Shown in pieces: positions 24,936 through 37,604 of a stretch of 64,000 nt of DNA. The notes under the pieces are model-generated. The model saw only the letters and a list, made by a program, of their open reading frames with translations, was not told the origin of the DNA and did not search any database. Made by a program: the position numbers and the translations under genes. Numbering within the stretch: the first letter of the stretch is position 1; the number at the start of each line of letters is the position of its first letter. The DNA lies in assembly GCF_006345805.1 (NCBI RefSeq), contig NC_042998.1:32550001-32614000 (forward strand), in the 5' to 3' direction. Origin of the DNA: Octopus sinensis (Eukaryota).

Positions 24936-25150
24936 AGTAATTTGCCTTGCTCTTCACTCTTTCTTAGATCACTTATTGAGGTAAAGAAGTACCTGTTTTT
25001 GTTACATCATCTCTTGCGGCTCTGTTCAAATCAATTCATTTCTTTAGCCCTTAATACCAGTAAATAATAGAATGTTGTTGCTCTTTGTATTGTTTTCTCC
25101 ACTAAATCAATGCTTACAACAGTAATCATTTTTGCTTCTGTTCTATCTGT

Positions 25151-25358
25151 ATACTCTTTTACTCGTTTCAGTCATTTGACTGTGGCCATGCCGGAGCACC
25201 GCCTTTAGCTGAGCAAATCGACCCCAGGACTTATTCTTTGTAAGCCAAGTACTTATTCTATCGGTCTCTTTTGCCGAACCGCTAAGTTATGGGGATGTAA
25301 ACACACCAGCATCGGGTGTCAAGCGATGTTGGGGGGACAAACACAGACACACAAGCAT

Positions 25359-25397
<39 letters not shown>

Positions 25398-25569
25398 CAT
25401 ACATACGACGGGCTTCTTCCAGTTTCCGTCTACGAAATCCACTCACAAGGCTTTGGTCGGCCCGAGGCTATAGTAGAAGACACTTGCCCAAGGTGCCATG
25501 CAGTGGGAATGGACCCGGAATCATGTGGCTGGTAAGCAAGCTACTTACCACACAGCCACTCCTACGCCT
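25151..25569 (-). mobile_element. SINE family A
   Basis: Full inverse copy. Confidence 0.85.
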
Positions 25570-26254
25570 ATATGTTTAATTTTTTGATCTTTACATATAT
25601 AATTTTGAAATATTATTTGTTTAAATTACAACTGTGACCACTTTAATGAGTCCCTGCCACTCTAGTGAATTTCTGCCCTGTCCAACTCTGGGGTGGTCAT
25701 TTTGCAACACTTGTAAATATTATAAATAGCTATTTGTCAAAATGTGTAAAAGTAAGCCTTTCTTCTACCTTAGAAAATGGAATACAATTATTTTATCTGA
25801 TAATGGTTCTTTTAGTCACCAATGAACCAGAGGTCAGTGTTGAAGTCAAATGTTACTTTTGCATTGCACTGACCCACACTGACCTACGGTGATACAAGGC
25901 CATCGAATTGAGTATATCTTTGTCCTTTTCTTCTTACTCATTTGTTGCATTTCACCTGAATCATGAAAACTAGACTAACACTGCCATACCTTGCTGCTGC
26001 TTACTCAAACACTAACTCATACGTCTGCTAGGACTGCATTTAATTCATTCTTAGAACATACAATTACTACCAATCCCCCCCTCTCTCTCTTTTTCTATGA
26101 AATATATTATCCATTCTTGGATAAATTCCTTGAACAAGGAGACACAATGCTATCGTCCTTGTTACTATTATCAGGATATTATCTACATCTATATTTTTTT
26201 CTTACTCGATATCACATTTGCAAAACTGTTTACAAAGCTGTATTTTTTCTTTTA

Positions 26255-26480
26255 TTTATTTTATTTGTTTCAGTCATTTGACTGCTGCCATGTTGGAGCA
26301 CCACCTTTTTTAGTCGAGCAAATCGACCCCATGACTTATTTTTTGTAAGCCTAGTACTTATTCTACCAGTTTCTCTTGCCTAACCACTAAGTAACGGGGA
26401 CGTAAACACACCAGCATTGGTTGTCAAGCGATGTTGGGGAGACAAACACATACACACAAACATATACATACATACATATG

Positions 26481-26543
<63 letters not shown>

Positions 26544-27033
26544 GTGTGTGTGTGTGTGCGTGTGGAGGCGCAATGGCCCAGTGGTTAGGGCAGCGGACTC
26601 GCGGTCGTAGGATTGCGGTTTCATTGTGAGTGTTTATTGAGCGAAAACACCTAAAACTACCCCAGGCTCTGGCAGGGGGTGGTGGTGATCCCTGCGGTAC
26701 TCTGTCGCCACAACTTTCTCTCACTCTTTCTTCTGTAGGCCTGCTTGCTTAGCCAGTGGGGTGGCATCATTTGAAGGCTAAAACAATGCGAAGTGCATTG
26801 TGACCAGCAATGTGCAGCAACATCTGATAGCCTGGTCGATCACGTGACCACGTGATATATATATATATATAACAGGCTTCTTTCAGTTTCCATCTACCAA
26901 ATCCACTCACAAGGCTTTGATTGGCCTGAAGCTATAGTAGAAGACACTTGCCCAAGGTACCATGCAGTGGGACTAAACCTGGAACCATGTGGTTGGTAAG
27001 CAAGCTACTTAGCACACAGCCACTCCTGCACCT
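26255..27033 (-). mobile_element. SINE A with a SINE C inserted in its microsatellite
   Basis: Tail 26255-26470, head 26865-27033. Confidence 0.8.
26562..26857 (+). mobile_element. SINE family C (tRNA head, tail type 2)
   Basis: TGGAGGCGCAATGGCCCAGTGGTTAGG A-box head; body shared with 9560-9685; ends GATCACGTGACCACGTGA. Confidence 0.7.
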
Positions 27034-27248
27034 ATGTATGTTGCCGTTTCCATTATTTTTAAGCAAGTCGTGAAAATCACTTGCATTTATATCAAAATTT
27101 ATAAATATTTTTTTTAACATGTGCTCTGTTTTTCAATATTTTGTCTCTCTCTCTCTATCTCTCTCTCTCACTCTCGCTGTCTCTTTCCTCTTATGGGGTA
27201 GCCAAGTATTCCCTCTATAGTAAGATAACTACCTATCATACTCTAACC

Positions 27249-27449
27249 CAGTGCTTTTCAACCTTTTTGCTGGAGCGGAACCCCAAGAAAACATTTCACT
27301 GGCTCGAGGAACCCCTGTGCAATAATTTAACTGTCTTATGCACACATATCTGCACAGGAGAATTTTAAATTACTGCCGATTTTAGCATTTTTGTAACTTC
27401 TTGCGGAACCCCTGGACTGTACTGGCGGAACCCTGGTTGAAAACCACTG
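27249..27449. mobile_element. hAT (Charlie-type) MITE
   Basis: TIRs CAGTGCTTTTCAACC / GGTTGAAAACCACTG; perfect 8-bp TSD CTCTAACC. Confidence 0.9.
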
Positions 27450-27634
27450 CTCTAACCTTTCACCTGGCCCACAGCTACTTCCCTCAGTTCCACTCCCTCT
27501 CACATCAGGCAGTCCTTCTTGCTGGTGCTATGTATAAAGCACCTGTGCTGGGTGGGGGACATGTTAAAAGTTTCTATACTTGTGTCACATTAAAAGCACC
27601 CAGTACACTCTGTAAAGTGGATGGCATTAGGAAA

Positions 27635-27861
27635 GGCAAGCTGGCAGAAACGTTAGCACGCCGGGCGAAATGCTTAGCGGTATTTCGTCTGCGTTACATT
27701 GTGAGTTTAAATTCCGCCGAGGTCGACTTTGCCTTTCATCCTTTCGGGGTCGATAAATTAAGTACCAGTTACGCACTGGGGTCGATGTAATCGACTTAAT
27801 ACCTATGTCTGTCCTTGTTTGTCCCCTCTGTGTTTAGTCCCTTGTGGGTAATAAAGAAATA
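27635..27861 (+). mobile_element. SINE B inserted in an RTE-tail fragment (27500-27990)
   Basis: Duplicated GGCATTAGGAAA on both sides. Confidence 0.85.
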
Positions 27862-28418
27862 GGCATTAGGAAAGGCATCCAGCCATAGAAAGGGTGCCAA
27901 AATAGACTATTGGGACCCAGTGTTGCACCCCAGCTTGCCAGCTCCTGTCAAACCATCCAACCCATGCCAGCATGGAAAACGGACGTTAAATGATAATGAT
28001 GATGTGTGTTTTCCAATGAACTATCAGCACTTTTCTTTGATGAAGTCTGTAGCACCAACAATCTGTGTTCATCGACGTGATCAAATATCTATTTTTATTT
28101 TTTCACTCTTTTTTTTTTCTCACTTAAATTGAACAAAAAGGTTAAACAAACAAACTGCTCATTTGTCTTTGAAGTAACTTGAAATGGATGACTTTTTTTT
28201 TTTTTTGGCATCGAAATGACACAAAAAGTCACCCAGTTCTGAAAAAAATAAAACAAATCCAGAAAAGTATTTTAAAAACAAGAGCATTATTAAACATGTC
28301 TTGCCGAGATAAAATACAGGAAGAATAATAATAATATTAATGATAACAATTTCTTAAATAATGTTATTAAAATGATACGCACATAATTTGATAATACTTT
28401 ATAATTTCACTTTAACCA

Positions 28419-28450
<32 letters not shown>

Positions 28451-29483
28451 ATGTACAGGAGTGTGTTGTGTATGTATGTTGCATGTGTTGTTTGTGGGTG
28501 TGTATGTATGCTTCTGTGTATATAGATATGAACACAGGCACATGTGAACAATAGCGGTGATAATTTGCAACAGAAGACGGAACCGAAAAGAACATTCTAA
28601 ATTGAAAAAATAAAAACAAATAAAAATTGATATATTTAATTATTGTCTTGTGATCTGCAAGTTTGTAAGTAGGATAATATATTTTTATCTCTAATTAAGC
28701 AATTCAGTCTCCTATTTCACCACAACACGTTTTTTTTTTTATTTTCCTCAAACGTAGCATGGTTATTGATTTTATTTGTGGAATTTAAAGAGTTTATATT
28801 TTTTCTCCAAGCCAGTGGCAAATATTATTTGTTTTGTTGATACACAAATTACTATAAAACAAAAGGAAACAAACACACACACACACACACACTTACACAC
28901 ACAAATTCATATACACACACAAATACATAAGCATAGGAAGAAGCAGATCTGTTTATAGAGAGCCTACTTTGCTTCAACCATTCTTTGAGAAAATTACCTT
29001 TGAATAAAAATCTGTGTGAAAGAAATGTGGACACTGCAAGTCAGAACAGAGCAACCAGTATATGTATCATGTTGAACATAAGTGTGTAGAGAAAACCAGT
29101 AACTCTAGATTTTAAAATAAAAATGCTGATACTGTGTAAAGGAAATACTTTGGGCTTATCAGAAGACAACCATTCTAGTGTGGATGATATAATAAAATGT
29201 ATTTGGTCCTTACTGCAAATTGGTTTGTGGTAGGAAAAACAAACAGCTAATAAAACTATGCCAAAAATCATAACAGACATAAATACATTGTAAAACCCGA
29301 ATTGCATTTAAACGATTAGTGCTGACCGTGTTAGCAGCAGGATGGCCAAGCTGGAGTATCTGGGTGTTTGTGGGAACTCTGCGACTGTCATCAGACTATT
29401 GCACTTGCTCTCTTTCTATCAAAAGAATAAAATAGACATCTAACCAGAAACTTTCCTCTCCATTTTTTAACTAAAACTTTAGA

Positions 29484-29665
29484 CCTGTCACCATCGGGCA
29501 TGTAGAGGCTTTGTTGGACACTGTGTAAGAGGACTGTTGTTATCGTTATGCCTAACTCATCGTAAGATAAATACCACCCTGACAGATATCCAAACCACAG
29601 TGGGAAAGGCTAGCCACTGGATTTGGTTAAAAGAGACGATGAGCAATGGCTAGGAGAATATTGAG
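29484..29665 (+). pseudogene. C-terminal remnant of an RLE-bearing non-LTR element (HERO/NeSL-like)
   Basis: From 29501 reads CRGFVGHCVRGLLLSL...KASHWIWLK, matching the GCRGF...KASxWLWLKR end motif of this group. Confidence 0.65.
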
Positions 29666-29880
29666 CCATATTTAATAACCAGTTGATCTAGCAAATGGGG
29701 CTTCATATCAGTGAGGGGCACTTGTGTGCATTCATGCCGTCGAGAGGTAGGCCGCAAAACGGTGAGCATTCTCTCCTGATGACCCCATACACTTGCTGGC
29801 TTCTGGTATGTGAAGTTCTCGAGTGGTAGCACTTGCATGTGCAAGTTGTTTGCAAGTGATTAAACTAAAACTTCAAACCT

Positions 29881-30103
29881 ATTTCTTTACTACCCACAAG
29901 GGGCTAAATGCAGAGGGGACAAACAAGGACAGACAGATGGATTAAATCGATTATATCGACCCCAGTGCGTAACTGGTACTTATTTAATCGACCCCGAAAG
30001 GATGAAAGGCAAAGTCAACCTCGGCGGAATTTGAACTCAGAACGTAACGGCAGACGAAATACGGCTACGCATTTCGCCCGGCGTGCTAACGTTTCTGCTA
30101 GCT
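29881..30103 (-). mobile_element. SINE family B
   Basis: 15-bp TSD TAAAACTTCAAACCT (29866-29880 / 30104-30118). Confidence 0.9.
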
Positions 30104-30536
30104 TAAAACTTCAAACCTGTCACCATCTGGCCTGAAGGAAGGTAGATCTGAAGAGATGTTAACGATGTCAGAGTTGATGTGAGATGTGTTGTACAAGAAT
30201 TAAGATAGAAGGGAGACTCAGCAACTCTTTACAGTCAGGGAACAGGTACAAATTCTCCAGTAATAGTATTGAGTTAGTTGTATGAGCATATTTTTGGCAT
30301 GGGGCTAATCATATGAGCATATTATTGAGAGAAAAATAGGTAGATGGATTAATCCACATAGAGTGTGTAAGAGAATAATTAATCTTATCCTAGTTATAGC
30401 CAACATGATAGTAATGCTCTTCTTGGCTTCTTTACTCTTATTTGCTCTGCCCACAACCTTTAGATGCCTTCAGTTATCAAGCTACAAAAGCTTGATGCTT
30501 TACTGGCTGAGCTATGCAGATAAAAACAGGATGAAA

Positions 30537-30907
30537 TCTTTATATATAAAAGAGAGGTTGTGTGCTGTCTGTCTCCTACGATTTAGGTGCAGTTTAACCA
30601 AAACTGGGTATCTTATAGTCGTGATTCATATCGAGCCCTTCTGGGTATTAGCGCGCATCTACGATGAGTCTACGATTTTAAAAACAATTTACCATCAATT
30701 TTTCCCATTTTTAATGCATTTTTGGCATATATAAGGCAGGTAACTCTCTAAAAATTTATTATTAAATCTCAGAACGTAAAAAGCTACAGTAACGCCCACC
30801 CCCTTGTGGTTAGCCATATTGAGATGGCTATTATACTTTACATCTCTAAAAATGCTTATATAGTTATTTCCTTTACAAACCCGAGCAACGCCAGGCAATA
30901 CTGCTAG
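30537..30907 (+). mobile_element. Non-autonomous Helitron
   Basis: Starts TC after A, ends CTAG before T; GC-rich subterminal hairpin-like CCCGAGCAACGCCAGG; no TSD. Confidence 0.8.
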
Positions 30908-31342
30908 TTTGAACTAAAACTCTTTATTGTTTATACCAAATACTGAGAAACATCTGTTTAGTCTGCAGGTTGTATTCTGCAAAATATATACTAAAATATT
31001 TTCTGATAAAAAAATACCAAGTATATACTCTCAAAGTGTAAAAGATACATAATAAGAATAGAAATTAAAATTATCAAATAATATCAATTTCAACCAGTGA
31101 TCAGTATACTTAAGGACCATGGTTTATTTCTTTTCATTTGTGAAGCTCATAAGCATCTTGCATCTTGCTAATTTGAGAATGCATATTTTGTGGTATGACG
31201 GTTCGACGTCTATTTTTAGCATCCAAGGGATCCACATAGTGGCCTCTCCTATTGTTTATATTTAAGTACAAGATAAATTTAATGATGTATGACCTCATAT
31301 TATACTGAATACAGATGCTGCATACAGTGTATGACTATTATA

Positions 31343-31790
31343 ATGTACATTATTTACATTTGACGGATATTTGTCCTCATCTTGTTTGTTGTTAACACAG
31401 CGTTTTGGCTGATATACCCTCCAGCCTTCATCAGGTGTCTTGGGGGAATTTCAAACCTAGGTTCTCATTCCTAAGGTATTTTTCAATGTTATTATCATTA
31501 TTATTATTATTCAGGTTACTGCCTGGAATCGAACTCGAAATCTTGGGGTTAGTAGCCTGCACTCTAACCACTATGCCATATGCCTGTGGGCATAATAACA
31601 TCGAAAAATACCTTAGGAATGAGAACCCAGGTTTGAAATTTCCCCAAGACACCTGAAGAAAGCTGGAGGGTATATCAGCCAAAATGCTGTGTTATCAACA
31701 AACAAGATGAGGACAAATATCCGTCAAATGTAAATAATGTATATAATGTAAATAATGTACATAATTCCTCATCTCTTGAATATTGAACTG
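31343..31790. mobile_element. Element P1: full minus-strand copy joined head-on to a headless plus-strand copy (inverted repeat)
   Basis: A-box 31568-31578 and B-box 31526-31536 (minus); hammerhead-like segments 31394-31439 (minus) and ~31648-31693 (plus), both with GAAA mutated to AAAA. Confidence 0.8.
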
Positions 31791-32896
31791 TATTATAAAG
31801 TAGATATTGTGATGTCCATGGTTTTATCAAGGACAATGATGACATCTGTTAAACGAATTAAATACTAAAGGATTCTCAACACAGCCTAACACATCCCAGA
31901 GCTAGATTTTACGTCCCTTCTATGGTTCTTCACAAAATCTATCATTTCCTTTTAGTACACAAGCTGCATATTTATGGGAGAAATGAGAGAAGGGACAAGC
32001 GAGTGAGATAGCTTTTATGTAGGTTCCATTTACAGGAGAAGTGCTTTTAGTTTATGAATCTTGATTTATTGATTGATCTAATAGATTTATTATTTTCCCA
32101 TCCAATGTTAATTCCTTCAACAATGTTGGTATTTTTTGTTCAAATAATGGTTTGAATAAAAGTAGAGATGGAATTCATTTTGTTATATTTTTCTTTCCAG
32201 TTTCATTCCATATATCTTAAGTAACGAGAGCTTTTTTTATGACCAGTTTTTATTTAGTACTGTAGACAGTATATAATAATAAACAAATTTTTGGAAAATT
32301 AATATTGTAAATTCTAATCAAATTTATAGTGATTGGTGTCCTTGCTATTTAGTATCTCAGTTCAACATAAGTCATTTACATTTCAAAAGGTGAAGCGACA
32401 TCGTATAAAGTTATATAGTAACCCGAAGAAATATCATTGCGCTAAAAATGACTGGCAACACAGCTGCAGATACAACATTCATTCTGTGACTATGCTTCTT
32501 GGTAAAAATATTGCATGAACTCACATTGTAATAAACCATGGTCATAGACACATGGTAGGCTGAGCTGATCAGATATCACATAGGATAGATTTTTGAAAGT
32601 CCTTTATCCTGACAACTGGATTATATGGATAACTGCTTGGTGATCCTCTAAAATTTTGGTGAAACCAACACTTGTCTATGATTATAGTGCATGGGTAGAA
32701 TGATTAATTCACATGAAAATATATTACTTTCTTGATATTGTAAGAACTATTCTGATAAATGGAGTCTGATTCCTAAGTAAACTGAAATTAAAGAACTGGT
32801 GTTCAAACCTGAATCATAGAAACCATTAGGTGGATAATTAGCTTTAATTTCACTTCTTTTTAATGAAGTCAGTTCAGAGAGCAGAATACTTGCATT

Positions 32897-33040
32897 GAAG
32901 TCGACTTTGCCTTTCATCCTTTCAGGGTTGATAAATTAAGTACCAGTTACACACTGGATTCGATGTAATCGACTTAATCCCTTTGTCTGTCCTTGTTTGT
33001 CGCCTCTATGTTTAGCTCCTTGTGGGCAAAAAAGAAAAAA
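32897..33040 (+). mobile_element. SINE B 3' fragment
   Basis: GTCGACTTTGCCTTTCATCC...GTGGGCAAAAAAG. Confidence 0.75.
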
Positions 33041-33229
33041 AGAATACTTGCATCATGGACAATTTAACATTTCAAAGTTGTGTCTGAAGATTGTGTGTTT
33101 AAATCTCAACATGGGTGTGTGACTGTGTGTATGCTTGTAGATATTGATACTTTGTCTTTGAGAAAAAATATTGTTCTGATATAGAAATATTGAGATGCAA
33201 TATTGATTTTCCAGAACCTTCGAGCGTGG

Positions 33230-33590
33230 GGTTTAACCAGCCCACTTATGAGTACACCTCATTCATTGGACAATAAACTTTTGCTTGTGAAGACCTGTTG
33301 AGACATGTGAAATCAAAATCAAAATCGCTGATGTGACCGAAGACAGTACTGCCTGATTAGCACTCGTGCCAGTCGAATGTTAAAAGCACATCCAAGCATA
33401 ATCGTTGCCAAGGCCACAAATTGGCTCCTGTGCCAGTGGCATGTAAAAAGCACCTTTCAAGTGTGATCGTTGCCAGCATCGCCTCACTGACACATGTGCC
33501 AGTGGCACGTGAAAAACAACATTCCAGCGTGGTCATTGCCAGTGCTGCCAGACTGGCTCCCTTGCAGGTAGCATGTAAAAATAAGAGGCT
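33230..33590 (+). mobile_element. Diverged RTE 3'-UTR fragment
   Basis: CTTGTGAAGACCTGTTGAG and GTGGCA(C/T)GT(A/G)AAAA modules. Confidence 0.6.
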
Positions 33591-33988
33591 TCCAAATGCC
33601 CTTGAAAGAGTTGAAGGAAACTCTGGTGAATTTGTGGTAAGATGAGTGCTCCATCAGACAGGATAGGGCTTATTGATGTATGTGTCGGGCTGTAAGACGA
33701 AAACCAAGATTAGGGGGAAATGTAGAGCTGGTGCTTCATACAGCTGCTGACATGACAGAGTGATGGTATGAGGATCTCAGAAACACTAGGTTCACTATTA
33801 GATATAGAGGGGTAGAGTTCGATTCTTGGCTCATTGTCCTTTTATGAAACATTTCAGACACATAGTGAACGCAATGACAACCAAAATGACCATTATTTTG
33901 ACTACAGAGATGAGAATAACATTTTCTTGTGCAGTTTTATGCATAGATCAGGAAAATGGCAACCGTTTCTCACAGAATGACTCTAGTT

Positions 33989-34202
33989 CAGGGGTGGGTA
34001 AACTACGGCCTGCGGCCAGCCATAGGTTTTCATGCGGCCCACCGAGAGGAATATTTCACAAAATTTCCTTTCAATCAATTGTGTGTTTATAGGTCTATAA
34101 CCGCCTTTAAAAATATTTTCACTTGATTTTTATAAATGAGGCCCGTCAAGGTTCCAAAGACGCACTGTGCGGCCCGCGATCAAAAAAGTTCGCCCACCCC
34201 TG
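33989..34202. mobile_element. hAT (Charlie-type) MITE
   Basis: TIRs CAGGGGTGGGTAAACT / AGTTCGCCCACCCCTG; perfect 8-bp TSD CTCTAGTT. Confidence 0.9.
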
Positions 34203-34289
34203 CTCTAGTTTATGGTAATTCAGTTTTTTCATATTAGGGTATTTTTATAATTTTTATTTTCTTATTTTTCAGATTTTCAGAGGAAAAAA

Positions 34290-34945
34290 GCCATAAAATA
34301 CCTATAAATACTTAACGGGACAGCCGTGCTTGGGAAGAGCATTTCATCCGTAGTGAATGACCATTGAGAAATGAATCAGAAATAGGATCACATAACATTA
34401 TATGTGAACCTCTAGCCCCTAAGGAGAAAATAATTTTGCTGCCACTGCATATTAAGTTAGGCCTTATCAAACGGTTTAAGAAGTTAAATCTAGAAAAGCC
34501 ACCATTTTTGTACTTGAGAACTAAGTTTCCCGAACTAAGCCATGCAAAAATCAAAGAAGGGGTGTTTGTAAGTCCCCAAAATTTGGCAACTTTTGATAGA
34601 TGATAATTTTGAAAATACCTTAAATGCACTGGAATTGGATGCAAGGCAAAGTTTCAGAAACGTATGTTATGGTCTGCTTGGGAATTACAGAGCAGCCAAC
34701 TATGAAGCACTTGTAGAAAAATTGATTGATTTGTACAAGTCATTAGGGTGTAATATGTCGTTAAAAGTTCACTATTTGCATTCACATCTAGCTTTATCTC
34801 CTCAGAATGCAGCAGACGCCAGCGATGAACATGGTAGAGATTCCACCAAGATATAAGTCAAATGGAAACTCGATATAAGTGGAATCCCACCAGGCTTGCT
34901 GACTTTTGCTGGTTTCTTCAGAAAGATAGGATCTCATGCTATATA
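34290..34945 (+). pseudogene. Degenerate DDE transposase (PLHIKLG type; probably CMC/Chapaev-like)
   Basis: Frameshifted peptides DSRA.., LPLHIKLGLIKRF, KFPELSHAKIKEGVFV, LGCNMSLKVHYLHSHL, SDEHG; superfamily assignment is from memory. Confidence 0.75.
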
Positions 34946-36885
34946 GAGAAAGAAACATAATTATTGTACTAAAAAATAGATGTTCTTCCTTTAAAATAAA
35001 AGAAATAAATAACGTATTTACTATAAATAACAAGCCATTTTGCAGAAAACTTGTTTTCATTCTAGGAAAAAAAATGCTTCGTTTTTGGATTTGGTTTGCA
35101 AATAATGGTTTGCAAGTAAACACTATTGAAAAGGTTGTAAGACGCAACGAAAATTTTAGGAGAATAAAAATATGAAGTAAGTGGAAATTTTACCAGTGAG
35201 TGTGTTACATTGTAAGACACATAAAGAAAATGACTCACCCCAGACACAACAAAAAAAATGTTATTTTCACAGAAAATGGCTCACTTTCTTGCAAAAATAT
35301 ACCGTTTGGTGCCAGCCCATTTTACAAAACACTGAAGTCATTTCGTGAAAAACGGAGTTAATTTTCCTTAATTATGGTAAAAACTGTTCCAGAAAATGAT
35401 GTTCTCTTCTCTGTAGCAAAGGCTTACTATCCTTTTATGAAACACTTCAGACAAATGGTGAATGCAATGACAACCAACAATGTTATGTGATTCAGTGGTG
35501 GTCTGTATGAACGTTCAGGCTCCGATGACCACTGAATCCTACAAGTCTATTTTGGAGCTGTTCCACATTGGTGGTGGGGTACTGTGTAATGGTAAGTATT
35601 TTATTAAGTTGCAGACACACACCAATATGAAGAAAGCAACACATACTAATATGAAGAAAATGGTCTGTTTATGTACAGCAATGAAGTAGCAAAATCATTA
35701 GAATACTTTATTCAGGCCTTTTTTTTTTAGATTTTTCATTCTGAGTTCAAAACCGAATGGGTTTTGAATGAAGAGAACCAGAATAAAGATGGCAGAATCA
35801 GAACGAAGTAAATGAAGAGAATGAAGAGAACCAAAATGAAGAATATGAAGAGAAGGAAGAGAACCAGAATGAAAATTGTCTTCCATTTTTTCAGAGTGAA
35901 AAAATAAAATATTAGCCGAACACAGCATTCAATTCTTTCTCTCTCCCTCTCAGAATCTGTAATATTGCTCTCATAGAACGGTTGTAGGAGACCTCTTACG
36001 TACCAGATCAAATTCTCTAGAAATAGAGAAGTGTTGGATGAGGTGTTAGCAACCTCTTTTCATAAAAAAAAAAACTCCCTGGAAACTGATGTATTGTAGT
36101 GATTAAGAAGCCTATGTACAAGTGTCTATAATTGCATGTTGTCCGTAACAGCTAGAGAGCATGCAATGAAAACTATTGATTAAAACCCAAGTGATTTTTA
36201 GGTAAAAAAATAGTGTAAGAAATAGTTGCAATGAGTAGGTATATTAATAAATAAGAAAGGACACAAAGAAAAGCAAAAAGGGGCTGCACTAACCCAATAA
36301 ACAAGACATAAAACAGAGTTGTGATTAGACATGAAAATGATCACGAGGACACACTGTCTCAGTTATACATCTAACCATTCCAGCTTTTCCTCATGTAGAA
36401 GTTTTGTATTAAAGGTTGCTATTTATGAAAGATAAAAATCTTAATAAATACAAGTAAAAACACTAAATAATTTTGATAAAATTTTATCATAATGTGAAAG
36501 GTTTATGCAGATAATAAAAAAAACTGAGATCAGCTATTGTTTACAGTTTGGCATATTTTAATTCATATAGTAAGAAAGCTGTAAAATTTGGTGGGATGAA
36601 GCCAAACTTCAGTGTGGTATTAAATTAAAGGTTTGGCATTCTTCAGACATCGTTCTTGAATACTTCACAACACTATATATGATATAAATCTCCTAATATA
36701 ATAATGAGCAGACCGATAGAATAAGTACTAGGCTTACAAAGAATAAGTCCTGGGGTCGATTTGCTTAACTAAAGGCGGTGCTCTAGCATGGCCACAGTCA
36801 AATGACTGAAACAAGTAAAAGAGAGTAAAAGAGAGTACCAGCAGAGGTAATACTCTCATGAACTTCTTCACATCTTGGTCTAAGC

Positions 36886-37591
36886 CAGGGCTGGCCAACC
36901 TGAGGCCCACGGGCTGCATGCATCCTGCAGACTTTTATCTTGTTGCCAGCTTGATACTTTCTTGAAATGGGTTTGCTTAAACAAACATTTTAAAAATTTT
37001 CTCAAAAATTAAAGATTGTAATGCAAAGTAAAAAAAGAATGATACTACTGTTCTTTTTTTTTAACGATAATTTCTAAATGACAATAAAGCAAATGCCTAC
37101 AATTTTATAATATTAAATAAATGAAAAGTATACTCTTTTACTCTTTTACTCTTTTACTTGTTTCAGTCATTTGACTGTGGCCATGCTGGAGCACCACCTT
37201 TTAGTCGAGCAAATCGACCCCAGGACTTATTCTTTCTAAGCCTAGTACTTATTCTATTGGTCTCTTTTGCCGAACCGCTAAGTTACGGAGATGTAAACAC
37301 ACCAGCATCGGTTGTCATGCGATGTTGGCGGGGACAAACACACACATACAAACACATACACATACATATATATATATATATACATATATACGACGGGCTT
37401 CTTTCAGTTTCCGTTTACCAAATCCACTCACAAGGTTTTGGTCGGCTCGAGGCTATAGTAGAAGACACTTGCCCAAGGTGCCACGCAAGTTACTTACCAC
37501 ACAGCCACTCGTGCATAAAGTACACATGGGGGCCCTCAAAAACTTTCTGTGATTAAAGTGGCCCGCAATGTAATTCAAGTTGGCCATTATG
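36886..37591. mobile_element. Degenerate hAT MITE interrupted by a SINE A (37130-37512, minus)
   Basis: Start CAGGGCTGGCCAACCTGAGGCCC; end GGCCCGC..AAGTTGGCCA; no TSD found. Confidence 0.5.
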
Positions 37592-37604
37592 TTTTCAGAA
37601 CACC

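Noticed and set aside
29041-29307. 88-aa ORF with a hydrophobic N-terminus
   Set aside because: T-rich composition explains the hydrophobicity; no recognisable domain or linked exons
31510-31592. tRNA gene (also the heads of SINEs A-D)
   Set aside because: A and B boxes are present, but no complete cloverleaf acceptor stem was seen and the sequences continue into repeat bodies; treated as SINE heads
35188-35198. TTTTACCAGTG as a CACT-type terminus of the transposase remnant
   Set aside because: The sequence continues as an arm of the fold-back family seen at 21700-21935, so it is not a demonstrable terminus
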